A stretch of 64,000 nucleotides of DNA, taken from Nemertoderma westbladi (lineage: Eukaryota; Animalia; Xenacoelomorpha). Shown here piece by piece: positions 1-12,484 of the stretch. The notes below the pieces were generated by a model. It had not been told where the DNA came from, did not search any database, and worked only from the letters and a program-made list of their open reading frames with translations. The stretch's first letter is position 1. Every line of letters starts with the position of its first letter. The stretch covers positions 4,151-68,150 of the forward strand of contig JAUCBJ010008403.1 of assembly GCA_032718475.1 (NCBI GenBank), read 5' to 3'. Position numbers and translations under genes: made by a program.

Positions 1-297
1 AGGCTTACAAGTTTTATGCAAATTTCCAAAGAATATGAATTTATATAAAAAAAAAATACATGCAAAATAGAAAGGTCTAAACTGTTGTAACCCCTTCAGG
101 CATAAATAAACTATTTCTTGGCAGTTATTGCAAATGAGGTGTATCTTTTTATAGAGGCAAAAAAAGGTGTACCTTTTTTTTTACTTTTAAAATTTTTTCA
201 CAATAATAATGGTGGAAAGCTATTATTGCACTTAAAAAACCCCCAAAAGCAAAAATATCTAATTTTATGTCAACATTTTATTGATGTAATTTAAAAG

Positions 298-2036
298 GAA
301 ACAATATTCCCAAATTGGAACACTTTAATAAAATAACAATGGATGAGGCAGAAAAGCTAATAAAGAACTCAAAATCTAAATCTAGTACCATGGATCCGAT
401 TCCCACGCAATTAGTAAAACATTCAATAAAATTGTTGCTACCAGTGATTATGTTAATTATTAATTTATCAATTACAACTGCTACTGTGCCGACTCTATTC
501 AAGGAAGCTGTGTTAACACCAGTCATAAAGAAAGCACGATTAAACCCTGAGATACTTAGGAACTTTAGGCCGGTGTCTAATCTGATATATTTAGCAAAGT
601 TAACAGAAAGGGTGATTGCAAACCAGCTGATGACTCATATGAACATAAATAAATTGTATGAACCTTTACAGAGCGCGTACAGACCCTTACACGGAACGGA
701 GACCGCGTTGCTTAAGGTAAGCGACGACATATTACGCAAAATCGATTCGGGATCGGGAGTACTTCTCGTCTTATTAGACCTTAGTGCTGCCTTCGACACG
801 GTCGACCACGTTAAACTGTTGGACACTCTAGATCGAGAAATCGGGGTTGAGGGAATCGCCCTGGACTGGTTCAGATCGTACTTGTCGAATAGGTCACAAC
901 AGGTTCGCATTAATGCAAAATATTCGAACCGGTTGGATTTGCTGTACGGGCTGCCACAAGGATCGGTACTTGGGCCTATATTATTTTCGATATACACTCG
1001 TTCGCTTTCAAATGTTATTCGCAACCACGGCCTCTCGTATCATTTGTACGCGGACGATACACAGCTATACATTAGTTTTAAACCTATTAATTCGTCCGTC
1101 GCTGTTGAGGTGACTGAACGTTGCGTGGCCGATGTAAAGAAGTGGATGGAAGATAATTTATTGAAAATGAACTCAGATAAAACGGAGATTATCCTTCTGC
1201 AGTCCCGTTTCGGTAAACAACTAACGCCCCCTAACATACAAATAGGGGATGACCTGATCAGCTGCAGCGACAAGGCACGTAATATAGGTTTCATCGTGGA
1301 TTCAAATCTGACATACAGCAATCAAATAAGTACAACGGTCCGAGATGCATTTCTTCATCTTCGAAGTTTGGCTAAAATTAAACGGTACCTCAGCAGACAT
1401 GACCTTGAAATCTTAATTCACGCCTTTGTCACAAACAAACTCGACAGCAACAACTCATTATATTATGGATTACCCTCGAAGTCAATCAAAAAATTACAAT
1501 ATGTACAGAATTCCGCAGCGCGACTGCTAGAGGGCGTTAAGAAACAAGAGCACATCACTCCAGTCCTTAAACGTTTGCATTGGTTACCTGTAAATTTACG
1601 GATCAAATTTAAAATAGCTTTGTTGACATTCAAGTGTTTACATGGTGCTGCTCCTGCCTACTTGACCCATTTAATAACTCCCTATGTACCTCCACGACAA
1701 TTACGGTCTGCTGATAAGGGACTTCTATTTGTACCGCAGTTTTACTTGCATAATTACGGGAGACGGGCGTTCTCAATTGCGGCACCAACAATCTGGAACT
1801 CCCTCCCGCAAGAAGTTAGAGATGCCACGACGCTGACTCTGTTTAAATCGCGACTCAAAACTCACCTGTACAAAGAGGAATATTGCTGATTTTTATTTAA
1901 TATTGTTCAAACTTTTTAGTTATTAATTAATTCTCTGTACGTAGCCTTTTTAGTTGGTTTCAAATAGTTTTTAAGCGCCTTGAAATATGTTCAGAAAGGC
2001 GCTATATAAATATATATTATTATTATTATTATTATT
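298..2036 (+). mobile_element. 5'-truncated non-LTR retrotransposon, L2/CR1 group
   Basis: RT-encoding ORF followed by a short 3' UTR with stem-loop AGCGCCTT...AAGGCGCT (~1974-2003) and a (TAT)n tail (~2015-2036). TTAAAAG at 291-297 and 2035-2041 may be a TSD or microhomology. Confidence 0.9.
315..1889 (+). CDS. LINE ORF2 C-terminal part (reverse transcriptase; endonuclease missing through 5' truncation)
   Basis: Motifs NFRPVSNL, LDLSAAFDTVDH, PQGSVLGP, YADDTQLY, HITPVLKRLHWLP, RAFSIAAPTIWNSLP are typical of L2/CR1-group ORF2. Frame is open to the stop; no true ATG start. Confidence 0.9.
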   Translation: MEHFNKITMDEAEKLIKNSKSKSSTMDPIPTQLVKHSIKLLLPVIMLIINLSITTATVPTLFKEAVLTPVIKKARLNPEILRNFRPVSNLIYLAKLTERVIANQLMTHMNINKLYEPLQSAYRPLHGTETALLKVSDDILRKIDSGSGVLLVLLDLSAAFDTVDHVKLLDTLDREIGVEGIALDWFRSYLSNRSQQVRINAKYSNRLDLLYGLPQGSVLGPILFSIYTRSLSNVIRNHGLSYHLYADDTQLYISFKPINSSVAVEVTERCVADVKKWMEDNLLKMNSDKTEIILLQSRFGKQLTPPNIQIGDDLISCSDKARNIGFIVDSNLTYSNQISTTVRDAFLHLRSLAKIKRYLSRHDLEILIHAFVTNKLDSNNSLYYGLPSKSIKKLQYVQNSAARLLEGVKKQEHITPVLKRLHWLPVNLRIKFKIALLTFKCLHGAAPAYLTHLITPYVPPRQLRSADKGLLFVPQFYLHNYGRRAFSIAAPTIWNSLPQEVRDATTLTLFKSRLKTHLYKEEYC

Positions 2037-2160
2037 AAAAGCTTTTGGAATAATTAAGTTTTTTAAATTTTTCTCATTTGTGCATTTTGGTAGTTACACC
2101 CTTTTGCAAAACCAAGCGCTTCAATTACTTAGGTAATTATTGGACTCTCATATAAGAGTA

Positions 2161-3890
2161 TATCTAAGTTACCAGAAAAAAATCAGCATTGAGTTTTTAA
2201 CATGAGATCCTCTTAGAACCAACTGCGATGTTTAATTTATTAGTTGTAACAGAAGCGGGAAATTCAAATAATATTAATAATGTCTGGGGGTTGTGAACAA
2301 TCTACTACACATAGACACGCGTCAAAAGGGATGGAATTGGGTTTCTTTTATTTTTTTATTAAATCGATAATTATGTTGCATTACGTAAAATACCAGCTAC
2401 AATTGTAACATATTTGTTGCGTTTTGAAATAAAGTTTGTAGTAGATTAAATTATTACAGGTTATTTATTTTGAGCGAAACATGAATCCAATCAGCATATG
2501 ATTACTACATACAAATATAGTTTCGTTATGTTGGCCTTCTCAGTAAGGTAAGTATTTCCGCTTCTACGTATTGTTGCAATTTCAGTAACAAGTTAGGTAA
2601 CTTTTATCCTCATTTCAATAAATACTGTACTTTGAAATGGTCTAGTAACGTTACACTACGTAAAATACCATCTAAAATTTTCACAGGTTTGTTGCGGTTT
2701 GAAATAAAGTTTGTAGTAGATTAAATTATTACAGGTTATTTATCTTGAGCGAAACATGAATCCAATCAGCATATGATTACTACATACAAATATAGTTTCG
2801 TTATCTTGGCCTTCTCAGTAAGGTAAGTATTTCCGCTTCTACGTATTGTTTCAATTTCAGGTAACTTTTATCCTCATATGAATTATTTGAATTGATCCTA
2901 TTTTCACTCCATTTAAGGGTTTCCAATAAGTTTAAACCGTCAAGTAATCGGATTTTGTTCTGTCGCCTTTCGTATGTAATAAAAACCAATCCAAAACTCT
3001 TTTATTGGTGTTCCGAATCCCTCACCTCAATAATTCTTATCATGGTGCATTCGAATGATAGTTAACCATAAATTCGTTTCATTATTAACAGTTATTCCGC
3101 CTGCCACAATGTTACAAATATCTTTAATTTTGTAATATTCCCAAGTTTCAATTCCCGTTACATTATGACTTGCATTTATCATATAAACTGTTTTCCTTCT
3201 CAAGTTGATCTTTATTTATTTCAAGTACAACTTGAAGGTTCAACTCGTCAATTAATATTTCGTTATAATCAGCAATCCTTTCGTCTAATAGATTGTGAAC
3301 TTTCTCGTGCTTGTACACTATTTTATCTCTAATTGTAATATAATTAATTAGTTCTTTACAAGTTCTTGTGAAGTAGGCTCCCGTGTTGCTTTTAAAATTT
3401 GAAAGTAATGGGTTCGATCCTGGTTCAGATGTTTTGGTTTAAAGTTTATCCAGTTTCATTTACAGCCAGCTTTTAATTTCTTTTTATTTTACTTACGAGT
3501 GTCTTTACTGTTTACATATGAAAGTGTTTTGATGAATTTAGATGAATCTTAAGTTACCAGAAAAAAATCAGCATTGAGTTTTTAAAAGAGATCCTCTCCA
3601 AACAAAAATTGCGATGTTTAATTTATTAGTTGTTAAAGAAGCGAGAAATTCAAATGATGTAAGTAATGTCCGGGAATTGTTGCAATTATTTATTACGGTT
3701 TATTACGATTTATTACTGATTATTAAGGTATATGATTACTACAAATATTAGGTTTCGTTATTTATATCTACTCAGCATCAGCACGTATTTCTGCTTGATA
3801 TTGTTTCAATCTCAGCCACTAGTTAGGTAACTTTTATCCTCATTTCTATGCTTTGCAATGGTCCTGTTTTCTCTCCATTTCGTTTCCAAT
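2161..3890. repeat. Degenerate local duplications in AT-rich flanking DNA
   Basis: ~2380-2615 recurs at ~2657-2876 and more weakly at ~3725-3845; ~2165-2290 recurs at ~3550-3680. Confidence 0.7.
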
Positions 3891-4136
3891 ATGTTTTACT
3901 CATCTGTCCAAATAAATACGCCCCTGGCTCGCAATAATCAGGATTTGTCCAATAATAGGAGTGCCACCACCCCTTAACCCCAGGGCAATATTTATCGCTA
4001 TCCGCATTGAAATGAATCCAACCTTGGTTATCATTGAAGTAATACGTGTTATCTAATAATAATAAAAATTTATATATGTATTAATTTGATTGTCAAGCAA
4101 GATGAGTAAAGGGCTACGATTTACTTCAACACCAAA

Positions 4137-5226
4137 TGTCGAGGCATTTAAGACAAGATTAATTTTACAGTTCTCAATGGTAATATAAAGTTCGATCGCG
4201 TAACCCAATTTCGAAGTTCAAACACCCCACTAGACCTAGTCAGTCGTAAAGTACTAATTGCCTCGGTGTACCCACGAATCCGTGGGAGCACTTATACAAC
4301 GGATCGTTACTTTGATACAATAGGTGGGACGTAAAGTACAGTAGATATTGATGGCTGTAAACTGAAATTAGGGGGGGATATGTTGTAATATACGTGTAGA
4401 CAGTTCCGTTTCACTACGTTGTATGCAAGTATTCGTAATTATGACTTATTATGAATTAATAATGAAACATTTGTGAAAGGTCTAGGTATAGGGTAAGTAT
4501 ACTTATTACTCGTACTATTGAATCGATATTGCTATACATTGATCTTAAATATATTTGTTATGAATGCTTGTGTTCGTGTTGGTAAATAATATTACAGTGT
4601 TGGATGTCATACACACTCAATACGTTTGAACCGTTGTCGCCTGTAGGGCAATACTCGAAGTTAGCAACTCACCTATTATGGTGGTAAATAAAACGAGATG
4701 TTTCCTTTAAACAATGTTAATACATAATGAGCAACAACGATAATAACAGCAATAATAACAATAAATCAATGTTAACTATGTAAGCATGTAAGATAAGCAT
4801 GTAAAAGGGTAAGTAAGTGAAAGTAAGTGAAAGTAAGTGAAAGTAAGGTAATAGTCTAGACCTCTTAGATCTTATGAGGTCTATTTAGGTGGTTTGAGGG
4901 TAATAATATAAAGGTTACGCCTACAAAATGAACTAAATCTAAACTATAAATACAATTGTCACAGAAGGACGGCCACTGGTAGTAGTAGCCAATGAGGACC
5001 CACAAACATGAAAGCAACACTACTCGCTATCTGTAAGCTGAGTGCAGACTTTCTGAGCCGACCAATAGGAGAAATAGGCAGACTAAATACAAATATCAGA
5101 TTTACCAGCACGAATAAGTAGTGGGGCTAGCCGTGTATCTGAATAGCTATATTGCTGTACACAACACATATTATACAGTAACACTAGCGTTACATAGATT
5201 TTGGGGCTTGTGGAGCTGCATCAAAA
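4137..5226 (-). repeat. 3' LTR of element A (1090 bp)
   Basis: Near-identical to 23295-24378 (a few substitutions, one short divergent patch, one 5-bp indel). Sense termini TTTTG...CGACA; contains (AAGTAAGTGA)3. Confidence 0.95.
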
Positions 5227-5234
5227 CCGTTCCC
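5227..5234 (-). other. Polypurine tract of element A (GGGAACGG)
   Basis: Directly abuts the 3' LTR; matches GGGAGCGG at the same position in B and C. Confidence 0.8.
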
Positions 5235-6043
5235 TAAAATAACCGATAGGACTACTACACAATTATTATCAATGTCTGAACGTGGGGCGAGACACAGTCA
5301 GCGAGCCTTAGAATGCAGTTCATATAGGGCAAGTGAAATGGGGCATGTCCATCTGTCTGTCTGGTAAATGTTTGAACGCGAATTTCGTGGCATCGCTGAT
5401 ATAATCGCTCAATTTCAATTTGTATCTCATAACTGAGCCTCATGCTGCGCGAAGGCCCCACAAATGTGTACAATGCAGTAAGTACAAGCAATGGACGAAT
5501 AGGCCAATATGAATATAAAACAAACAAGCAATTACTAGATTATCAATGCAGTTCTGTAGTTCGTACCGGCTGACCAGTTTGCAGGTATCAGTTGTCAGTA
5601 CGAGTACACCCGTAGGCTGCTGCAGTAATGGACATACAAATACTGCTACTGCTCCTGCCAGCCTGCTGGTACGGTACCGGTACATATCTGCATATTGAGA
5701 TACAAATCTACAACTACAAGACCAAGTCAAATAAAGTCTGACTGTCCTAAATTAGGCCTAAATATTTTACAAACAGTTTGAAGGCCGGCATAAAACAAAG
5801 GTACTGGTACCAGTATTGCAGTCTTCAAATCAATGTTGTTACATCGTAGTTCAGTAGTTCGTAAGTACAGTATAGTAATATAAAATTTTAATTATTGCTC
5901 GCTTTTACACAGTTACAGAGGCATGCAAGTAGGACTGTCGGTAATTTTATCAGCTCAGACAAGCTACACGAGCTGACGAGTCCAATATCGAATAGGCTTA
6001 TTCTATTCCTGTATTCCTAGTTTGAAGTTACGCCTACTTCTTC

Positions 6044-9000
6044 TTAGTGTAGGGCAGTAGGGTAGACCTTTTTTTTTTTTTTGGTCCTTTTCATAAATGG
6101 TCGTTTTCTTCGTTTTATATGACTATGTATATGCGTTTGAGTGTCGGCTGGAGGATGGATGGAGTCGAGGACGACTTCCATGAGAGCTTCGTCGGGAACC
6201 GGATGTATGTCGACAATATCGGACGATAAGGTATCTGCGTTATCGGTTCTGATAGATGTACCAGGCGAGGGTTCTGGTTCGGATATCCTCAGTAGTGTTG
6301 GAGGATCCGGTCGCTTTGGGATATCGGCACCAACTACAGGTACGATTGAGACGGTTTGGGTGGCGACGCCACCTATTGTACCGGTATCATTTCCCATAAA
6401 GATTCGAGGTTGAACCGCCTTAAGGATCGCGCGTTCATGGTGAGCATGTTCAACCGGAACACGGTAACATTTTAAGAGCTCCGGGTGGCCCTTTAAGAAC
6501 ACCGGGCCGTATCCTTCGGCATTCTTTATGAAGCTGATTATGTTGTAGCTTTCCGCTCGCCCAGGATTGAGGGTACGGAGGAATGCGCGCACAAGCCGAG
6601 TGTTAGTACAGGCAGCTATCCGGTTAAGCATTTCATAACTGGGCAACCAAGCGCGCTGTTCCTCGCGTGCGTGCGCGAATGGATTTACCGCGTATATGCC
6701 GAACTGAACTTTTGTCGTTCCGTGTCGCAATGATGATACAGAGTTCAAATCAGCGAAGCTCTCCCAGGCTCGAATATATTTATTGATATCTGTTTCATCA
6801 TCGCGGTTGATATCGACATTGAAGGGGCAGTCTGGGCCGGCGTGTCCTTTGAAATGCACCGCTCACATTGGGTGACGAAGACGGTACAAGTAAAAAATGT
6901 GTGGTCACCGCTGTCTCGGCAATATGGGCAATATATGTTAATGTCGGCGTATCCCGTATGATACTCGCACAGAGCTCCGGGCTGGGTCGGAGTCCTATGT
7001 GTCCTTAGACCGCAATGTCGGCATCTGCTTCGCTTAGGGATAACGGAGTTTCGGTATTTACGGATTGTCAGTTTTTCAACACCACAATACCATTCTAATA
7101 GTTTGGTATCATCATCTACGACTGGCGTTGGGGTGTCTACGATAGGGGAGGCCTCCAAACGGGTAGGTTTCTCGAGATTTCCCGTGGGGTCCGGCGCTAT
7201 GGTTTGGACTTCGGTTACGGAGAACCCAGGGGATACTATTGGCCGTTCCAAAATGGTCCGATGGAGGTTCGAGGTACAAACTTCCTTAAATATGGCAAAT
7301 CCACTGGTCGCCAATTCGTCCGCTGCAGAGCGACGTTGTTCCCTATGTGTTAACGCAGATTTATCACGGAACTGGCTATCAATGTTGGCAAACGGTTTCA
7401 AGAACCGCCGAAAGCATTCAAAGGCAATAAACTTACCAGACCCGTCAACCTTAGCAAGTTGTGTTCCGAGTAATAGCGGGTGTGTTCGTAGGGTCCGACT
7501 GCAGGTATCGGCTAGCCATCCTGACAGAGCAGAGTTCTTATATAACAAATACATGGCTAGCGAGGGACGTAGAGGTACGCTCATGAAGCTGTATACTGTT
7601 CCAGGGGCGGTTAATGGACCGTGAAAATAATACGAGGAGTAAGATTCTCCGTATATATCATGATAAGCATTCTGATCACCTTCCTTAAAGTTCCAGCCAT
7701 ATTCCTGGAACGCAATATGGCCGGATGACGTGCGTTTAACTTGACTGAAGTGGTCTGTATTATTATGGCGATATGTAATGCGGAAGAAACCGCGGGATTG
7801 AGCCCAAGGGAGGATGACCTGTGTATCGACAAAGGGATACGGTATATCCATAACTATGGGAAAGTCCTCCTGCAGGTCGCTATAAATGGCAGATCCCATT
7901 TTATATATTGATTCGTCCAATAATATGTCCAAGACAGGTCTCGGAAGTAGCGCGGCGTCAATTCCCATGGCTGGATGGCGGTTGGTACTCCGCACATAAG
8001 CCTCAGCCTTTACGAATTGTTGATGCTTAGCGCGTCGCTGAGGGGGAGTGAGGTTAGGGAATACACAGTCAGTACCCTTACACGTACGCGTGAATACGTG
8101 GGTGGCTCCTGTAAGGCCTCGAACGTGTATCAAACGGGCCGAGCCGAGTTCCCAGTCTGGTACGCTACCCTCGTTGTCATATATCATGACGCCGTAACTG
8201 CGGATGGATTCGAGAGTATGTCTCCATGCAGCTTGAGCCGTCGCATAGCTGGTCTCTACCGGTTCCCACAAAGCGTCCAACAACCCAGCTTCTCCTCTCG
8301 CTATGGTTATGGACTGGTAGCTGGGCATGGGTTTGTCGTCTACAAAAGTTAGACCATCCTCCTCGAAAACTACATCAAGATTCCAATGAATCAATCTCCG
8401 GTGGTCCATGAAGATCGCCAGATTCATCGGTGGTCTGGGAGTGGCCTCGATCGTTACGATGTTGTACGGTCTTTTAAATGAATTTAATTTAACAAGGTAA
8501 TCCAGGTGTTGTTGGAGTATTTCTAGTTCAGTTATATCCATAGGATTTATTAAAGGAAGGAACCGCATGTCAACGTTTGGATTCTCCGGCTGTATTACGT
8601 AGTGCTGTTGAAGCATCACGAATAGCGGATGGTTTTTGATCCCGTAAAACGGTGGGTGTAAAGGTCGCCGCCGGATGTTGGTGGAGCGGACCGCTTCCCG
8701 GATTACGTCAGCTCGAGTTTTATCCGGTGGGACTAACTCGCCGTCGACACGGAGTGGTTCCATCATTGGGGCGTCTAGCATGGGGGCATCAGCTAGGGCG
8801 CAAGCAGTTTGCGTTGGGTCGCTGAATAACTGTGGTTGGGTAGACCCAAATGCCTTAAACTTCATCGACGGATGTACATACCGGGTTACTTGGAAGCCTT
8901 CCATCAGAGTTTGTACGTAAGGCTGCCGGTACGTAGCGAGTTCCTCTTCCATTAAGGCTGCGGCTTCCTCGTCACGCTGAGTTTGGGCGCGTACCTTTTC

Positions 9001-10344
9001 ACTGTGTTCGGCGAGAAACTCGGCGAAGGATTGGGTGTCTCCCGAGTTTATTCGGTCGCGTAACACAGCGATCTCATTGGCAAGCGACGGTTCGCCCATT
9101 TCTTCGATCAGTCGCAACTCAGTCAATAAGGTTTCTGGGCGACTGATCGATAAACGCGCGCTAATACCTGCCAAACTGGATGACATTATTAGCTTGGTGG
9201 CATCTTCCCGAGGAGGCATCACCATTCCGGGGGTCAGGAGGTCGCCAGGAATTCCGCGTAGAAGCGATCCCCTTCCGATGCCAGGAGCGATGAGAGGGAC
9301 TATTTCCGGTTCTTCACAGGGAAGTAACTGCTCGGGCAATACCATATCTCTAAATTCAATATAGTCTTGGTAGCGGGGGTCTAGATCTCGAGCCGACAAA
9401 GGCGCTGGTTTGGCCTTCGGAACGGGGGGTCGGACGGAAAACCGTGGGACGTCGATGGGCGCACGGTTAACGAACTGAAGTTTCTTTAATTCGCCCTCGT
9501 TCACGTTGAAGAGATCCCGCTCGTAGCCGCCATACGTGTATCGAGTAAAGCTGTGCTTGGGACAGCGTTCGCGTGGGTGGTCTGCAGGTTGACCCCACCG
9601 TGAACGTTCATTATGCTTCACTTGCTGATTGGGATGGGGACAATCGTCGCAGTGATACCACAAGCGAAAGTCTTGCTTCTTTACATGAGGAGACCGAGCG
9701 CCGGTTTTGCAGTACTCCTCCATCCGGTCGAAACGATCCGGTAATACCGGAAGCGGTCGACCAGCGGTAATATACATCATAGTATGGTACAACCGCTTGA
9801 TTTCCATGACTGGGTTTGAGTGGATCCCTTTGGCGTAATTTCGGTCAATGTTCTGAGCATTGGCAACGTTGAGGTATGTTTCTCGGAGATGTCGGACGAG
9901 GTTATCGAAGCGCACCTCGTTAGATAGGTTCTCCATAGAGTCTATGGTGATATCATCCCGTATGGAGTCTTCACGTTCCATCTGCGTTATATTGGTACGT
10001 TGCTGATTAACGTGATATCGCCACATCTCCATTTCGGTTCTATCGTAAGTATTTTCAAAATACTCAAGGTCGGAGGGATGACCCGTAGTGAGGAAGGGCT
10101 TGTAAGTTCCATCACTGTTAGTATACTTATGGAGAAAGGCGCGGTAATGCAACCTTTCGGATATCTCATTAGGAGACAGGATACGTTCGGAGTATTTATG
10201 GTCCGACGACTGGGTGTCGCGTGGGGGGTCAGAACTAGAGACTAAATCCGCCAACATTTCCCTCATTCCTCTATTATATATCTCAGAAAGTTGTTGATGG
10301 TGATGGCGAGTTATATCATCTTGGTTGTCTTTGGAAGCAGCCAT
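6044..10344 (-). pseudogene. Accessory ORF2 of element A (~1430 aa): DEDDy-like 3'-5' exonuclease plus Cys/His zinc knuckles; one frameshift near 6856
   Basis: ORFs 6745-10344 and 6044-6859 join if one base is restored (QCERC-HFKGHAGPDC). Motifs YDNEG, LLDESIYKMGSAIYSD, FVDTQ, PLRPSLAMY; basic C-terminus; collinear with ORF2 of B and C. Confidence 0.8.
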
Positions 10345-12000
10345 TGTCGCAATATCAATATCAAGTAATTATAATATCAGATTATATCATCATATTATAT
10401 ATATATCGGGTCGGCGCGGAGTTGCCACCCGGAATCCTCGCCCGCCGCATGCCCCAAGTTCCCAATGACCGCGCTAACGTCTCCGAAACTAATCTCGTAC
10501 CAGCGAATATGGTGTAAAGGTGAAGGTTCGGTGACTAGCGCGCAAGGGAAACTCAAAGACAGTCTTTATTCGGCGATCCGCTTTATCTATTGATTATATG
10601 GTTGCGTAACTTCAATTAGCCCACATTGACAACAACGGTTCGCTACAGTAAACGCACATAAATTAGTGTTATTTTGATGTTTTATGTTATTGTGTGCAAT
10701 TGTTAAATTTTACATACACTCTTGAATATTTTTCGCCCTTCATATGCTATTTGCCAGAATATTAATATAATTGTAGAGAAGATAAATAAATTTATTTATT
10801 TAAAATATTTATTAATTAAAATATAGTTTCAAGTTTAACTGAATTAATAAATTTCCCTTTTGGATAAATATGTTGTTAACATGAGTATGAGTAACCCATA
10901 GCTTGGTACAGAGCCAATTTTAAAATTTACATTTAATAAATTAAATTACCGGTACAATAAGAATTATGTCGCGCTATCAATATTAAGGAAGAGTTAAATT
11001 TGTGTAAATAAATCCAGCTATTATTAATATTTGGCAAATGTAGTGTTTAGAATAGAGTGTTATTCATTTATTCAGATCTGGGCTCACTGTAATGTTATTA
11101 GTCTTTGTGCATTCATAGCAATTATGGTTAAATTAAATTAATTATTTAATTATATTTAATATCATGGGGATAATTTGCATATGGGTGTGTCTTAATACTG
11201 AGGTAAGAGTTAATAAACAAATTAATATTAATATTATGGTTTCGTGATCAGGTGAGTAGTACTATCTATTAGAGTGATGAAAACTAGGTTTACCACGATT
11301 GCTTTGATAGTTCACCGGTTCGTTTGAACAAATGGATCACGACCGTTCCCGTAATGTTAGTATTACAGTGACTAAACGTGATTTACTTAGTAAGATGATG
11401 CATTAACTGATTAAAGCATATCATGCATTACTTTACTGTACTTGCTGTACTTTACTGTACTTACTTACTGTACTCTGGGTGGCTTACAAGAAGGGGCAGG
11501 TCGTTTCCAGAATTTACCTAGTATTTGGCCGAAATAAAGGATCGGAATTCTGCATTCAATTGTTTGCTATGCCGTCATAATACAGTAAGACCTAGGGGTT
11601 TATTTTTGTCACGCGTTATGTTTAGAAATTACTTGTACTATCGTGACTTGTAATAAAGCTTATGTGTTCTAGAATTAAGTTCACGTTTATTAATTTATCC
11701 ATGATTTCATAATTTTTTTTTTGTAATGGGGTTGTTAGTGATTAACGACATAACATAACCCGTTCCCACGATTGAGTGTGAGTGTGACATGTAACACAGC
11801 TCAATCGTTTAAAGGGAGTTAAACCAAAATAATTAACAATAATACCTCATTTTGAAAAAAAAAAATAATAATAATAAATCGTTAAATGAAATTTATTGAC
11901 GAAATATTTATTACCAAATTATAATTGCACGATTATGAGGGGATGCATAGTGGACGAAGCGTTATTATAAACAAAATTCAGAATATGGAAAAAATCCAGG

Positions 12001-12075
12001 GACCGCAATCGGGGATTGAACTCGGTACCTAGAGATTCCAAGTCCCACGCTCTGCCAAACTGAGCCACTGGGGCC
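12001..12075 (-). other. tRNA-like sequence (degenerate tRNA or SINE head) inside element A
   Basis: Minus strand GGCCCCAGTGGCTCAGTTTGGCAGAGC...CTTGGAA...GAGTTCAATCC...TGCGGTC: A and B boxes, intact D-stem, imperfect acceptor and T stems. Confidence 0.6.
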
Positions 12076-12484
12076 GTATAAGGCAGCAATACCAAAACCT
12101 ATCCGGAAATTAACAACAACAACGGAGTGAATACTAGAAATATAAACATATATAATAATTATATGGATGAATAATTATTACATATATGTTGGATGGTCCA
12201 CTTGGCACCGGGCAACGTTATTGTGAAGGCAGTTGTTTGTCTTCAGAAATATTCCGACAGAGGTTCTATAAATCCTTTCTGACAATTTCTTAATTCTGGT
12301 CTATTTGTAATAAATATCAAATACGTAACGACGTACAGTATATTATGTATATTCTAAAGTAATTATCCTACGAATATAAAATATATCATGCACTATTAAT
12401 ATACAGTTAATATAATTCATGCTACCACAACACCACAATAAATATTATGTGGTATGAAACACCAGTCGGGTTTAATGGTTCCAT

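Noticed and set aside
3370-3430. B-box-like GGTTCGATCC
   Set aside because: No convincing A box or cloverleaf.
6044-10344. ORF2 as an envelope gene
   Set aside because: No visible signal peptide or transmembrane segment; nuclease-like and zinc-knuckle motifs and a basic tail instead.
12001-12075. tRNA-like sequence as the element's self-encoded primer or as a functional tRNA-Pro
   Set aside because: Its 3' end is not complementary to the post-LTR site of A; acceptor and T stems are mismatched; absent from B and C.
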